Source: Octopus vulgaris (taxonomy: Eukaryota). From it: a stretch of DNA of 64,000 bases. Below are positions 51,148 to 64,000 of the stretch, in pieces. The notes under the pieces were generated by a model. It did not search any database, had not been told where the DNA came from, and saw nothing but the letters and a program-made list of their open reading frames with translations. The stretch spans positions 29,264,001 to 29,328,000 of the forward strand of contig OX597817.1 in NCBI GenBank assembly GCA_951406725.2. The letters are read 5' to 3'. Position 1 is the first letter of the stretch; the number at the start of each line of letters is the position of its first letter. The translations under genes and the position numbers were made by a program.

Positions 51148-54043
51148 ATAAATATATATTCATATACATTTATATATCAATGTACACATGCAGACACACA
51201 CACACACACGCATGCATGCATGCACACACACAGACACATGTGCAATACATATATATATATAGAGAGAAAGAGGAGTAAGAGAGAAAATGAGATAAATAGA
51301 TAGACAAGCTAATCCTGTTTTCTACTGAAAGGAGAACCAGTAACTGAAACAGTCACATAGACACATATTCAAACATATGACATGTTAATATTATTAACTG
51401 TTCTTTCCCTTCAAGTATTACCCCTAATGCAGGGTAGTTTTTCATGTTTTCTATATTCCTAAGGATCGTAATCATATTACTAATTATTTCTTCATCTACC
51501 TGGGTTTGCAATGTATTTTGTATTGCTTTTTGTTTTGTTTTCCATTCTAAATTGTCATGTCACAAGCAGTTTAGTAATTATAGAGTAATTATATTTGCAA
51601 TTACTCTGAGCAATTGTATGTCTAGTTTTTCTGTTTTGCTTAGCTTGAAGAAAATTTTCATAAATATTTATGAACCTTTGTTTAGTTTGGTTGATTGATA
51701 TTAGGCTCAGCTTCTTTTTTCATGCTTGTATGCTTACAAAAACCAGTCAACTGTAAAAAATAATTGCTGCAACAAAAAAAAACAAAACAAAAACTCTATA
51801 CTAGCTTGGTAAAACATATATTAAAAAATAAGGCAAAAATACTCTAAACCCTAATCCTGTCAATGTCTTGTACACAGCTAAAAATAAGTATTTACACCAT
51901 TTTAGTTTCTGCAATTAAGCATTAAAATGTAAATATGCCCAATGGACTATCAAAGATTTTAGTTCACAATGATTTGTATCCTTTTCCAAATTTTAATGTA
52001 ATTCTTTTTTTTTATGGCTCAGAAAAGATCTAGCATTTAATATCTTTTATTTAGATTATATTATTTCTATTATAACTTGAAAAATAGACAGACCTGAAGC
52101 AGACCTGGAATAGAGAATGCTTCTCATTGATCAGATTGTGGATGGCAACAAAAGGACATGGGCAACCTTATACAAGAAGAAGGCCACATGAGACATGGCT
52201 CATCATCAGGTGGGTCGCACTACTAACGAAATTCAAGGTAATTTTTCATTAGGAATGTCATTCAGAAAGTCTCACAGGCTGCATGAGGCCTATTGGCTGC
52301 AGGTTGCTCATGACTGATTTTTGACAAACCAAGTTTGATTGACTAAAGATTATTCTGTAGCAAGGATCAGAAGGATGCCTAATGTTTACAAAAATGATTT
52401 ATTGTTACATTAATATAGAAGTTGTTCATGCAATACAAGAAAAGGAATATTCAGATGAAACAATGTATATGACAAGTGCTGAAAGACTTAATCAGAAATT
52501 CTACACTTGGGATAATTTTTACACATAAATAGATATTCTTGTTGCCACAGTGTATCTTTGATCATTCCAGGTTGAATATGTAGCTGTGAAAATAGCTATG
52601 TGTGGCAAGTGAACACCATCAGGAGCCCAATCACTCTGGAGCTTTGGCACTCAATTGAGATGTATTTGTAAGCTGTGTTCATGGGAGGTTCTAGTCTTGC
52701 CATCGAACTATCATGTGAACGACAGCCATTGATTGGACAGCAATTGGGTTTGCACACGTGATCAAATTATTATTTTTGTGTGGTAAAACGTGGGATCAAT
52801 TGAATTGTTACAAATCAAACAATCAATTAGTAATGTGAATTGGTTAAATGTTAACTAATTGGCAAATAATAATAAAAGAGGCAAACTAGAACCATTGTAT
52901 GCATGTTTTTATTATTGGCATAATCACTCTCTTGAGATGCCTCAAAATCTGCAATGCTTTAGATTATATTCTGTACTTACTAACACTAGACTTTGTTATT
53001 TCAAGGCACCACATACAAATGTCATTTTATTGTGTAGCTATACAAAATGTATAACAAATCATAGATTAACTACCATAAGAAAGAAAGTAGGTAGATAATT
53101 TTTGAAAACATCAGACTTTTCAAAAAATCATGTTCTTGTCTCTTTTAAAAAAGGTATTTTCTCATTAAGACTTTTAATTCTATGCTAGTTCTATATAAAA
53201 TTATTTACAACACTGAATTATTCTCCTTCTATTACTTCTAATGTATTTCTGTCTTTGTTAGATAAATATTTTACCTAGTTCTTCTTTTCCTGAAATGTGT
53301 CATTCTGGAAGTTACCCCTTATCTATGAGTTTGTATCAGCCAACAATTGTTTACCCATCTACATACACAATATCAGCTTTGGCACAGTTTCAGGGTGTTC
53401 TGGCTGATTTTTTGTGGCACCAGCACTAGTGGGGTTGCCATGCAACTTGCAAGACTAAGATCACTGAGTGGGGCTACACAGGAGAGAACAGTGGCTTTAT
53501 GCTTGGTGGTGAGGAGTTGAAGTATGAAAGAAGGATCCAGAACAGAATAGATTTCTTGCTGGAGAAGAGCTACATAGAAAAGAGAAAGTGGGAACTTTGG
53601 GACTGGTGGAGTTGGAAAGATTGTTATTGTTGTTGTTGTTGTCATCATTATTGTTGTTATTGTTATTATTATTATTATTGCTCTTGTTATTGTTATTTAA
53701 TTTTTTTAAATCCTGTAATTAGGTTGTTTAATTAATTTTTGATTATTTTCAATTTTATTTTTATTATTTTATTTTTAATATTTTTCATATTCATTTATTT
53801 TAATCATATTCGAATTAATTTTAATTTTTAAATATTCATACTTTTATGAAAAATAAGTTTTTTTAAAAATAGAATATCTTCCTTAGTGAATAATTTATTG
53901 GTTATTTTCCTTTAGAATTCTCATTAACTCAATCTGTCTTCCTCTACTTATAGCTTATATTTAGAATTATTGATGAAATGACATTTCCATCTTGACCTAA
54001 ATAACACATCTACTGAAAAGCTTGGTTCTACATACTTTCTCTC

Positions 54044-54270
54044 CGAGCTGGCAGAAACGTTAGCACGCCGGGCGAAATTCGTAGCCGTATTTCGTCTGCC
54101 ACTACGTTCTGAGTTCAAATTGCGCCGAGGTCGACTTTGCCTTTCATCCTTTCGGGGGTCGATTAAATAAGTACCAGTTACGCACTGGGGTCGATGTAAT
54201 TGACTTAATCCGTTTGTCTGTCCTTGTTTGTCCCCTCTGTGTTTAGCCCCTTCTGGACAATAAAGAAATA
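54044..54270 (+). mobile_element. SINE family 1, well preserved
   Basis: CpG-rich copy; ATACTTTCTCTC flanks both sides. Confidence 0.9.
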
Positions 54271-54762
54271 ATACTTTCTCTCATCATCATCATCGTTTAA
54301 CATCCACTTTCCATGCTAGCATGGGTTGGACGATTTGACTGAGGAATGGTGAACCAGATGGCTGCACCAGGCTCTAATCTGATCTGGTAGAGTTTCTACG
54401 GCTGGATGCCCATCCTAACGCCATCCACTCCGAGAGTATAGTGAGTGCTTTTACGTGCCGGCACAGGAATTGTGTCGTAAATATTTTTCAAATTACTGGG
54501 TGGGATTAAAAAAAACTAAGTATCATATTACAGTTCTATAGTGGTCTGATGAATAAAATTCTTAAGCAGGGCTGCTGGAATACCCAATATTCTAAGAGTT
54601 AAATCGTTGATGAAAACATGATGTTTTGGTGATTTCATGAGCAAGCTTTCTTTATTTGCATTGGTTTGTGAATATATAATTGTATTGGCTAATGCATAGC
54701 ATGTATAGCAGAGCAAACATGCAAGCATAATTTTACTCCACACTGAAATTATTACTTTATGT

Positions 54763-55162
54763 AGGAGTGGCTGTGTGGTAAGTAACTTGCTTACGAACCA
54801 CATGGTTCCGGGTTCAGTCCCACTGCGTGGCACTTTGGGCAAGTGTCTTCTACTATAGCCTCGGGCCGACCAAAGCCTTGTGAGTGGATTTGGTAGATGG
54901 AAACTGAAAGAAGCCCGTCGAATATATATATATATATGTGTATGTGTGTATATGTTTGTGTGTCTGTGTTTGTCCCCCTAGCATCGCTTGACAACCGATG
55001 CTGGTGTGTTTACATCCCTGTAACTTAGCGGTTCAGCAAAAGAAAAATGATAGAATAAGTACTTGGCTTACAAAGAATAAGTCCGGGGGTCGATTTGCTC
55101 AACTAAAGGCAGTGCTCCAGCATGGCCACGGTCGAATGACTGAAACAAGTAAAAGAGTAAAG
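54763..55162 (+). mobile_element. SINE family 2, full length
   Basis: matches the family. Confidence 0.9.
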
Positions 55163-55687
55163 CTGTGAAACAGCTATAATCCTAAGGATGTGAAGAAGTG
55201 AAATAAATATATTCATCTTTCATACCACCTGACATTTTATGGCTTATATACTCCTCATGAAGGGTTTTCATTGATTGGATACTCTGCATTACACTTCTCT
55301 GTATTGGATTACTGCGTGGTCTGTTTGCCAAGTCTATTAGAGGTGTTTTCAGAGATAGGCCACACAATTCTTTGAATCCAAGAAACTCTCTACATAGCCT
55401 ACTGAATAAACAACGAAGCCTCTACTTGGTTGTCTAGCGTGCTTGAAATAGCAGCCAAACCTTGTTTATATCAATCACATTCTACTCTTTAAAAGAAAAA
55501 AAAGTAACAAAGGCCACATTGGGAAATGTTGTTTCAGACATGCTTTAGCTGAACAAATAAAAGTGTTGATAGCCACATTTGGAATGCTTTGATCATAGGT
55601 CTGTTTGATCAAGAAGGATGTAGACCTCAAAAATAGCTGAATTTATTTTAGTTCTAAGGATGTTATATACTAAAACAGCACAGAATA

Positions 55688-56098
55688 GGCGCAGGAGTGG
55701 CTGTGTGGTAAGTAACTTGTTTACCAACCACATGGTTCCGGGTTCAGTCCCACTGCGTGGCACCTTGGGCAAGTGTCTTCTACTATAGCGTCGGGCCAAC
55801 CAAAGCCTTTTGAGTGGATTTGGTAGACGGAAACTGAAAGAAGCCCGTTGTATATATATATATATATATGCGTGTGTGTGTTTGTGTGTCTGTGTTTGTC
55901 CCCCTAGCATTGCTTGACAACCAATGCTGGTGTGTTTATGTCCCCGTTACTTAGCAGTTCGGCAAAAGAGGCCGATAGAATAAGTACTGGGCTTACAAAA
56001 GAATAAGTCCCGGGGTCGAGTCGCTCGACTAAAGGCGGTGCTCCAGCATGGTTGCAGTCAAATGACTGAAACAAGTAAAAGAGTAAAGAGTAAAGAGA
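55688..56098 (+). mobile_element. SINE family 2, full length
   Basis: matches the family; (GAGTAAA)n tail. Confidence 0.9.
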
Positions 56099-56929
56099 AT
56101 AATCCAGATTATTTTGAAAAATCTAATAATGAGCTGATGTTTCAGATATACTTTTGTGCCTTCTGTTGCAGTGTCTTATTCTGTATTGTATTATATGAAC
56201 TGGATCCAGACATGGTTGGGAAATTGGCTTTGGAACTATATTGTCTTGTGTTCAACCTGAATGTATGGCATCTCAAACAAGTATCATTTACCATTACTTC
56301 AAGTCAATCCAAGCTTTGTAAAGGAATCTGAGGAAATAGAAACCGTGTGGAAACCTGTTGAAGCTTTCTTCTTTTATCTTTTATTTGTTTCAGTGATTAG
56401 GCTGTGGCCATGCAGGTGCAACACCTTGAAGAATTTTTGCCAAATAGATTGATGCCAATATTTATTTGTTTTTTAAAGCCTAGTACTTATTCTATCACTC
56501 TTTTTACTGAACTAAGTTACAATGGCATAAACACACCAACATTGGTTGTCGGTTGTCAATCAGTTGTGGGGGAGGAAACACCTCCCCACCCACACACTCA
56601 TACATGTTGCACATACATCACACACACACACACACATACACACACACTAATACACTCACACAACATGCACACACACGCACACAGACACATGCACACACAC
56701 ACAACACACCTAAAAGGCTTCTTTCAGTTTCTCTCAACCAAATTCACTCACAAGGCTTAGGTCAGCCAAGATTATCGATTAAGATACTTACTCACTGTGC
56801 TACACAGTAGGAATGAACCCAGAATCGTGTAGTTGGGTACCTGTATTGCAAAGCACCACCACTAAAACATATCAGGTTGCACTAATATAGCTCAAGGAAC
56901 TTCTTAAGGGTATATGTGTTGGTATATAA

Positions 56930-57533
56930 GGCAGCGAGCTGGCAGAAACGTTAGCACACTGGGCGAAATGCTTAGCTGTATTCCGTCTGCTGTTACATTC
57001 TGAGTTCAAATTCTACCGAGGTCAACTTTGCTTTTCATCCTTTCGGGGTCGATAGATTAAGTACCAGTTATGCACTGGGGCCGATGTAATCGACTTAATC
57101 CATTTGTCTGTCCTTGTTTGTCCCCTCTGTGTTTAGCCCCTTTTGGGTATTAAAGATATTGGTATTTCGTCAGCCACTATGTTCTGAGTTCAAATTCCAC
57201 CGAGGTCGACTTTGTTTTTCATCCTTTTGTGGTCGACAAATTAAGTACCAGTTACGCACTGGGGGGCCGATGTAATCTACTTAATCCATTTGGCTGTATT
57301 GTTTGTCCCCTCTGTGTTTAGACCCTTTTGGGTAGTAAAGAAATAGGTATTTCGTCAGTCTTTACGTTCTGAGTTCAAATTCCACCGAAGGTCGAACTTT
57401 GCTTTTCATCCTTTCGGGGTGGATAGATTAAGTACCAGTTATGCACTGGGGCCGATGTAATCGACTTAATATGTTTGTCTGTCCTTGTTTGTCCCCTCTG
57501 TGTTTAGCCTCTTGTGGGTAGTAAAGAAATAGG
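56930..57533 (+). mobile_element. SINE family 1 trimer
   Basis: one full monomer plus two head-less monomers restarting at GGTATTTCGTC (~57161, ~57346). Confidence 0.9.
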
Positions 57534-57826
57534 TATATGTGTTGATAGAATAGTGAATCATCTACATGGTAATATAACATGTGAGCAGTTTCATTGATTT
57601 ATCAAATAGATAGCCATTGTCAAAATCAATAGAGGGTTTCTCTTGATTAGGAACCAGTATAGCATCTTTTTCAATACTGTTGCATAATAAATGAGACAAT
57701 GTAATGGCATATACCTTTATCAATTTCACAAGCCTGCATTTGCATACTATGTTTCTTTTTCAAATCATAGTGAGATAAAACATCGCAGACTTTAAACAAT
57801 GATGATGATGATGACGACGATGATTT

Positions 57827-57875
<49 letters not shown>

Positions 57876-58091
57876 AGCTAGCTTATGCTAATTTAGTATT
57901 GTATTTAAGAGTATTATATAACAGTAATGTTAATTTAAATTCAAAAAAAAATCTATCAGCACTTTTCAAAGTTAGAAATTTGTCTGTGTAACTGAGTGGA
58001 AAGGTTACCTAAAATTAACATTTCTCAAACTATCATGCTAAAAGTGACATTTAAATACAGACATTTATTTTGAATTAATTCTCTATGAAAA

Positions 58092-58262
58092 CATGATGAT
58101 GATGATGATGATGACGACAATGCTGATGATGATGATGATGTCACCAATGATGATGATGATGATGATAATGTTATTTATGATGATGATGTTGTCATTTATG
58201 GTGATGATGATGTCATTTATGATGATGATGATGGTGATGATAATGATGATGATAATGATGTA
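58092..58262. repeat. (GAT)n microsatellite
   Basis: directly visible. Confidence 0.9.
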
Positions 58263-58981
58263 ATTAGAAATGCATAGATTACAACTAACTACACACATAT
58301 ACACACACACACACGTATATTTATTACCATTATTTTGTTTTGGTTTGTTTCTAAAAATACATATATTTCTGTGCTCAAATATTAAACCAGACAAATAGTT
58401 CCTTATTGCTAGCATCAATGTTACTTATGATAATTTTCTGTTTTATCTTCTTTCTTAAATGCTGTAAATATATCCAAGAAATAAACTATTTTTGATGTCT
58501 TCAGGGAAATAAACAGAAATTAAAATAGAACAGTAAAGATATTTTCAATTCTCATATATTCTTTATCTAAAGTATTTTATCTCAAATAAGAATTTCATAA
58601 TTTATTGTAAATTATCTTCATTGTACAAATTGAGATTTCAAGTATTTCTTTCATAATTAAAACCTCAGTTACGTAATACAGATTTTTGTGAATGTCAGCC
58701 TTATTATCATATTTCTTTTTTTAGTAATTATTTATATTTATGTTATGTGCAGAGACAATCACAGTTCTGTGCACCTTGAGTATGCATAGCACTTTGTTTT
58801 CATTTTAATTTTATTATTCTATTGAGAGAATTTTCTGTGATGTATGAGCAGTAATTGCTATTTTCTGTATGCACTATATTGTTGTTGTTGGTGTTATTGT
58901 TTTTGTTGCTGCACTTGTTGTTAATATTTCATATACACACAATAGATTAGACTATTGTTATTATTATTATTGTTATTATAT

Positions 58982-59556
58982 TTTTTTCCTTCTTTCTGCA
59001 AATTTTCTTCCATTTCTCACCGAGTGTTTTCCATACACCTAGGGCAGAGAAGCTCATTGTAAGCCTTCCCAGATTACACACGCAAATTCACAGGTAAAAT
59101 ATGTATTTAAAAAAATTAATAAATAAATATATTCATGAATGGATGTTGTTTTCACAGCGATAATGCTCTTCTCAGTACATGAGCTGTTCCAGTTAACACC
59201 AATTTTTTACTTCCTGTTGGGATGATAAGCCTGGTATCATTTTCAAATAGGTTTCAGTACCTTTTTTTATCATTCCTAGAGATCCTACAATCACTGGTGC
59301 TATAGTCACCTTGAGATGCCACATTTTTTCAATTTGTATTAGCAGGTCTTTATATTTACTGATCTTGTCAAATTCTTTCACTGCTATATTGTGATTGCAA
59401 GGAATACTCATGTCAATTAATAAACACCCCTTTTTTGTCTGATCTTTTATAATAATATCTGGTTTATTAGCTTTTATAGTTTTGTCCGTATGTATGGGGA
59501 ACTCCCAAAGAATCAACTCATTTTCCCCTTCAGGCACAGCTTCAGGAAGGTGTTAT
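58982..59556 (-). mobile_element. R4/Dong-clade LINE 3' fragment in a (TAA)n tract
   Basis: ILWEFPIHTD..ANKPDIII..LIDMSIP..KISKYKDL..PVIVGSLG; (TTA)n on both sides. Confidence 0.9.
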
Positions 59557-59592
59557 AATTATTATTATTATTATTATTATCATTATTATTAT

Positions 59593-59893
59593 GTGATAAA
59601 AACTCACAGCGTATTCTGCTGGGTATGATGGAAAGTGTTAGCTGTCCACAGCCATCAGCTAAGGTGACACTTGTTTACCGGTCATGCTTCAAGAACCCTG
59701 CGAAGAATCCTTGCAGTTCCAAGCAATGTTGATTTTTGCAGGTGTTCTACCTTCACACTTGCACCAATCTTTTTCAGCCATGTTGGTAGTTGAGTGCTGA
59801 TACTTCCAAGTGCACCAATTACTATTAGTATCACGTTTACTCTCCTCATTGACCACAACCCGAGTATTTCCTACTTCAAATCGTCATAGTTGT
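59593..59893 (-). mobile_element. second R4/Dong-clade family 3' fragment
   Basis: YDDLK*EI..LW..IVIGALG..LQKSTLLGTARILRRVL; 3' end abuts (TAA)n. Confidence 0.8.
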
Positions 59894-62108
59894 GTATATA
59901 TATATAATCTGCATAATAAGACAAAAAATTCCTTTAACACATCTTTAGTTATTAAAAATGCGTTAAAGGATTTCTTTGTCTTATAATTTCGATTATAGTT
60001 TGCTCTTCGCTACACCCACACAATGGTTTTACCGATGTGAAACCAGGATTTTCTACACTTGAATTTCGGTATTAGTCTGGAATCTGACAGTGTTGATAGC
60101 CCAGACTTTGAAATAATGATAAGACTGTTGCCTAATGTTTCTGTTAATTTCCAGGTCGTCTCTGAATAAGTAAACCTGTTATCAAAGGCATTCCAGCCAT
60201 GCCTATGCCATTTATTTTTACAAAACTTTATCCAAACTGTATCTTTATCTTCAAGACAGTAGGGTGTAATTTGAGGGGAATTTAGCTGCTATTATTCTAG
60301 CAGGTTGAGGGCCTCTTCTCTTAAGAGACGTTCTGCCATATGTATTTATGCTCTTGGAGGATTGAAATATAAAGGTTGGAAGACTTCTAAATAGTTCTCT
60401 TGTACAGCTTCTTGAGGCCCAGCAGATATATTTCTTAAATGAGCACGTTTTAAGGTAACTAAAGACATTAAAGCCTAAAACTCATCAGAAAAAAACATTT
60501 TGTAACTACCTTTAGGTTAAGATTAGAAAATGAACCCAGTAAAAAACTGACCTCTGTATTTTAATAACAAATGTAATAGTCCCAACACTCATAAAGCTGG
60601 TTCTGAAGTGAAACCTAGCTTAGTGCACAATTCACCAACAGCTTACCATAATGCTAAATTTTCTGTCATTTGACAATGATAATGATGATTATGATGATGA
60701 TGATAATAACCTCTGATGTTATGATTAATAAGAGATGTATGATGATGAAATTGTTCATAGTTTTCATTCAAAGCATTGGCAAAATAGAATACAGAACAGA
60801 CTGATATATCTACCATGTGTATGTAATAACAAATCTATTAACAATAATTTTCTCTAGAAGTGTGAAAGATCAAGCCATTATGTCTGCCAGTGTTGCTGGA
60901 ACAATGATCTCTCATGCTGAGTTCAGATGCATTTTAAATAATTCAAACCTAGTGGGAGTGGCATATAAAAAGTGCACTTCATTTCTTAAATATAACAGGA
61001 TATCATAGAATTAATGATTCTTGAATATTTAGTTCCACTTCACAAAATGTTTGTATAATCTCCTTGATTGAATCTAATCAGACTTTAATCAATTTTCTGC
61101 ACAAACTCTCAATAAAGCAGGAAAATTTCCAGAAGATTTAGAGATATTATAAAAACAAAAGCCAAGTGTGTTACAAAACCAAAACAAAAAGAAAGCTAAT
61201 ACAGATTATGTGAGAATTGCATTGCTTCTACATGGGTCCTGTTCAGCTTCACAAGTGGTTTGACATTGAGCCAGTACATACATAATCATGCTATGTAATT
61301 TTATCAAGAAGTTGAAATCACTAAGATAGAAATATTCCCCATTTTATTGAGATAAATGTTCTGCAATAATATGAAATAGAATAATAAAAATCAATAGGTA
61401 TAAAGTGCAAGAATAATATGAATAGCAATATTAAACAATATGAAATTAATACGATTTTGTGATGACCTTGGAAACAATATAAGTGATTTGAACTGAAAGA
61501 GTGATCAAATTCTGCTGTGAATGTAATAATGACAGACTCTTATATTAAAACAATTAAGTCATTGGATAGTGAGAAATAAGATTGATTTAAGTTGGTTGTG
61601 GAAGGATGCTTTATTAAAAATATTCATTAGGCGCCAGTTTTAGTCTGGGAATAGCAATTATTAACACTCTTTAGAACACAGTGCAAATTGCTATCATTGT
61701 ATCAAAAACACATTGCTTATCTGATAGATAAAGTAATATATTGTTGAAACTAGAGTTATTTACTTCCCAGATTATATTATTTGGAAACATATTGCTAATA
61801 TATACATTTATAACGTATCTGCTTTGCCCCATTACTGTACCTATTGAATTTTGATTCCTATAATAAAATTAGTCAAAACATTATATATGTATGTGTGTAC
61901 AAATTTATATACAGGAAAAGAGTAAGAGAGAAAGAATGACAGAAGGTAAGAAAGAGAGAGAGAGAAAGATCTCATACTTCTAAAGAGTATTTTTGTTTGT
62001 AGATTTGCTATTGTATACAAATGCTAGATATGCTAATGTCTAATATGTTCTGCAGGCAATGTTTTGAATGAAAATTATGGATAATACACATACTCACATG
62101 TGAGCATA

Positions 62109-62158
<50 letters not shown>

Positions 62159-62224
62159 CGCACACACAAACATACATTGTGGAAATATTTGAGTGTATCT
62201 ATGTAAATGTGTGCTTTGTGCAAT

Positions 62225-62560
62225 AGGAAAGATGGAGCATAAACTCTACTAGGCTCTTAGTGGGTGAGGGACAAATTACTAACTTTTCTGTATAGGTAGC
62301 AGTGATGGATGGTGTAGATATATGCTTGGCAGAGAAATGGGCAGACAAAGTGCTCAAGATAGTCAGAATGTGTGTGATTGTTCAGCTAATATTTGTATTA
62401 GATTATACAACAATAACATTAATCTTGACACATGCTCCACAAGCTGGACTAGCAGAAGAACTGAAGGACCATTTCTACACGCCTTTCTGCAGATTACCTT
62501 GATTATGGATGACAAAGATCTTCTCATGGCTGGTAATTTCAAAGGACATTTTGGGTAGTG
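62225..62560 (+). pseudogene. RTE-type AP-endonuclease fragment
   Basis: GVDICLAEKWADKV..HAPQAG..GNFKGHFG (cf. YAPQxG, GDFNGHVG). Confidence 0.7.
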
Positions 62561-63129
62561 CTCCAAAAGTGTTATATGACAAAAATGTATCTTGAATCCT
62601 TAAATGTAGGGACAAGAAAACAAGCAAGGTCTTCGCCTGAACTCAGAAGTGAATGACTAATGAAGCAAAGTCAAAAAAGAAGAAATAAGATACAGAAATG
62701 TGTATTTGAATATTACTATATAAGGAGGAATGAAAATATAGAAATATGTATTTGAATATGTGTCCTTATAAAAATGCAGTTGTGATGTTCTACAGGTTTT
62801 TTTTTGATAAGGAGTTATTTCCCCCGCAGAACACTTAATAGCACACGACAGGAACAGTAACGGGATATAAATCCTGGTCTTTTGGAATGCAGGTGGAAAG
62901 AGTTTCTTGTTGTGCGGTTCCCCGTGGTACATTATAATTCAGACTTTGACATGTTGTTCATTGTGTTATGCTTTAATCTATAGATTATTTTTGTAGGATG
63001 GCTGGTCTCATAGGTCATTGCTCTTTAATGTGAATCTGATCCTACCAGCAAAGAAGACATTCCATCTGGCTTGAGTTTTTGAACTGTTCTTAGACAGATA
63101 AAGCAGTAAATATTCTGTATGGGGCACTA

Positions 63130-64000
63130 GAGACATTTTCCAAAGACACCAGTGCCACCAAGACACTAAAAAGACTGGAGAAATATGTAAAGTGAGTGTA
63201 ATTGATATTCGTTACAGAAGATGTAACCTCTTATGCTAAAACGAAAGGTCTTATACAGATATGGAGTGGTGATGATTCCGTGACTCTCTTCAACCCTGGT
63301 GGCAAAGTCAAAACAGAAGATTCTTTAAGCCAAGCCAAAGAAAACATCAAGGATGATTTGAAAGTGATCACAAATCAGTTATAACCTATGCACAAACTCT
63401 TCTACCTCAGGGAAGCAAGAATGTTTTGGACTTGTACCCTTAGGCTTTAGAGAAAAACATGAGATGCCCACTGTGGAACTATAGGCCAAAATGTATGGTA
63501 AGAGATGCCCTCACCATGCAAGCCTCAAACTCCTGCCTTTGGAAGAAAGCCAAACTACAAGACAGACCTGGTTATGAAACACTCATTAGACTGGGGTGTA
63601 CTCTTGAGAGAACTGACAAGCAAGTAGCTTGTACGTTGCAAGTGGAGCCTGTGTTCCATTAAAACTCCTTATATGACCTACAAGAGAGTTACCTGTGAAT
63701 AATGTGAGTATGAGAAAGAAAAGGCAAAAAAATGTGTAGTTTGTGGGGAGAATGGACACTTTGCAAAGGCTAGGGTTTGCAGTGGGAAAAGGCTAGGCCA
63801 TAAGATATCAGACATAAAGGATTCTGCTCCAGATAGCAACAACTCAGATTCCAGCAACTGCAGCATAGACGATGATGTGTGTCAAATACTTGTGGGATCT
63901 GTAGCCTCAGATATGTCAAGGTACAATGGAATTGTGAAAGTCTTTGTAAATGTCAGGGAGACATTCAAACGAGACAATTCTGGTTGTAGTAAAACTCTGA
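63130..64000 (+). mobile_element. decayed Ty3/Gypsy gag-protease region, running off the window
   Basis: CVVCGENGHFAKARVC zinc knuckle at ~63735; NSGCSKTL resembles the protease D(S/T)G site; gag-like ORF at 63202. Confidence 0.6.

Overview
AT-rich, repeat-saturated animal DNA; the SINE families and microsatellite load suggest octopus/coleoid cephalopod (inference). No host protein-coding exon could be supported, and most listed ORFs are microsatellite artefacts. The centrepiece is a nested Penelope-like element (PLE) complex at ~38.05-47.8 kb. Element A is a 5'-truncated Naiad-like PLE on the - strand, with a 630-aa RT + GIY-YIG ORF. Its 3' UTR appears split at a (TA)n run by element B, a 6.35-kb head-to-head palindrome of a second PLE family. 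Each arm of B carries a GIY-YIG C-terminal remnant, a ~2.8-kb microsatellite-like UTR and a terminal type I hammerhead ribozyme. A variant hammerhead just beyond B probably belongs to A. Two miniature fold-back insertions (19.4 and 20.8 kb) repeat the same 'tailed arm + tail-less inverted arm' geometry, with target duplications and a U3-A8 hammerhead variant. An unclassified, densely structured 361-nt unit in 1.6 tandem copies (36.5-37.1 kb) looks like an integrated circular-RNA/retrozyme-type template. The rest consists of tRNA-derived SINEs, RTE and R4/Dong LINE fragments, Tc1/mariner relics, a piggyBac-type MITE, a Gypsy relic and local duplications.
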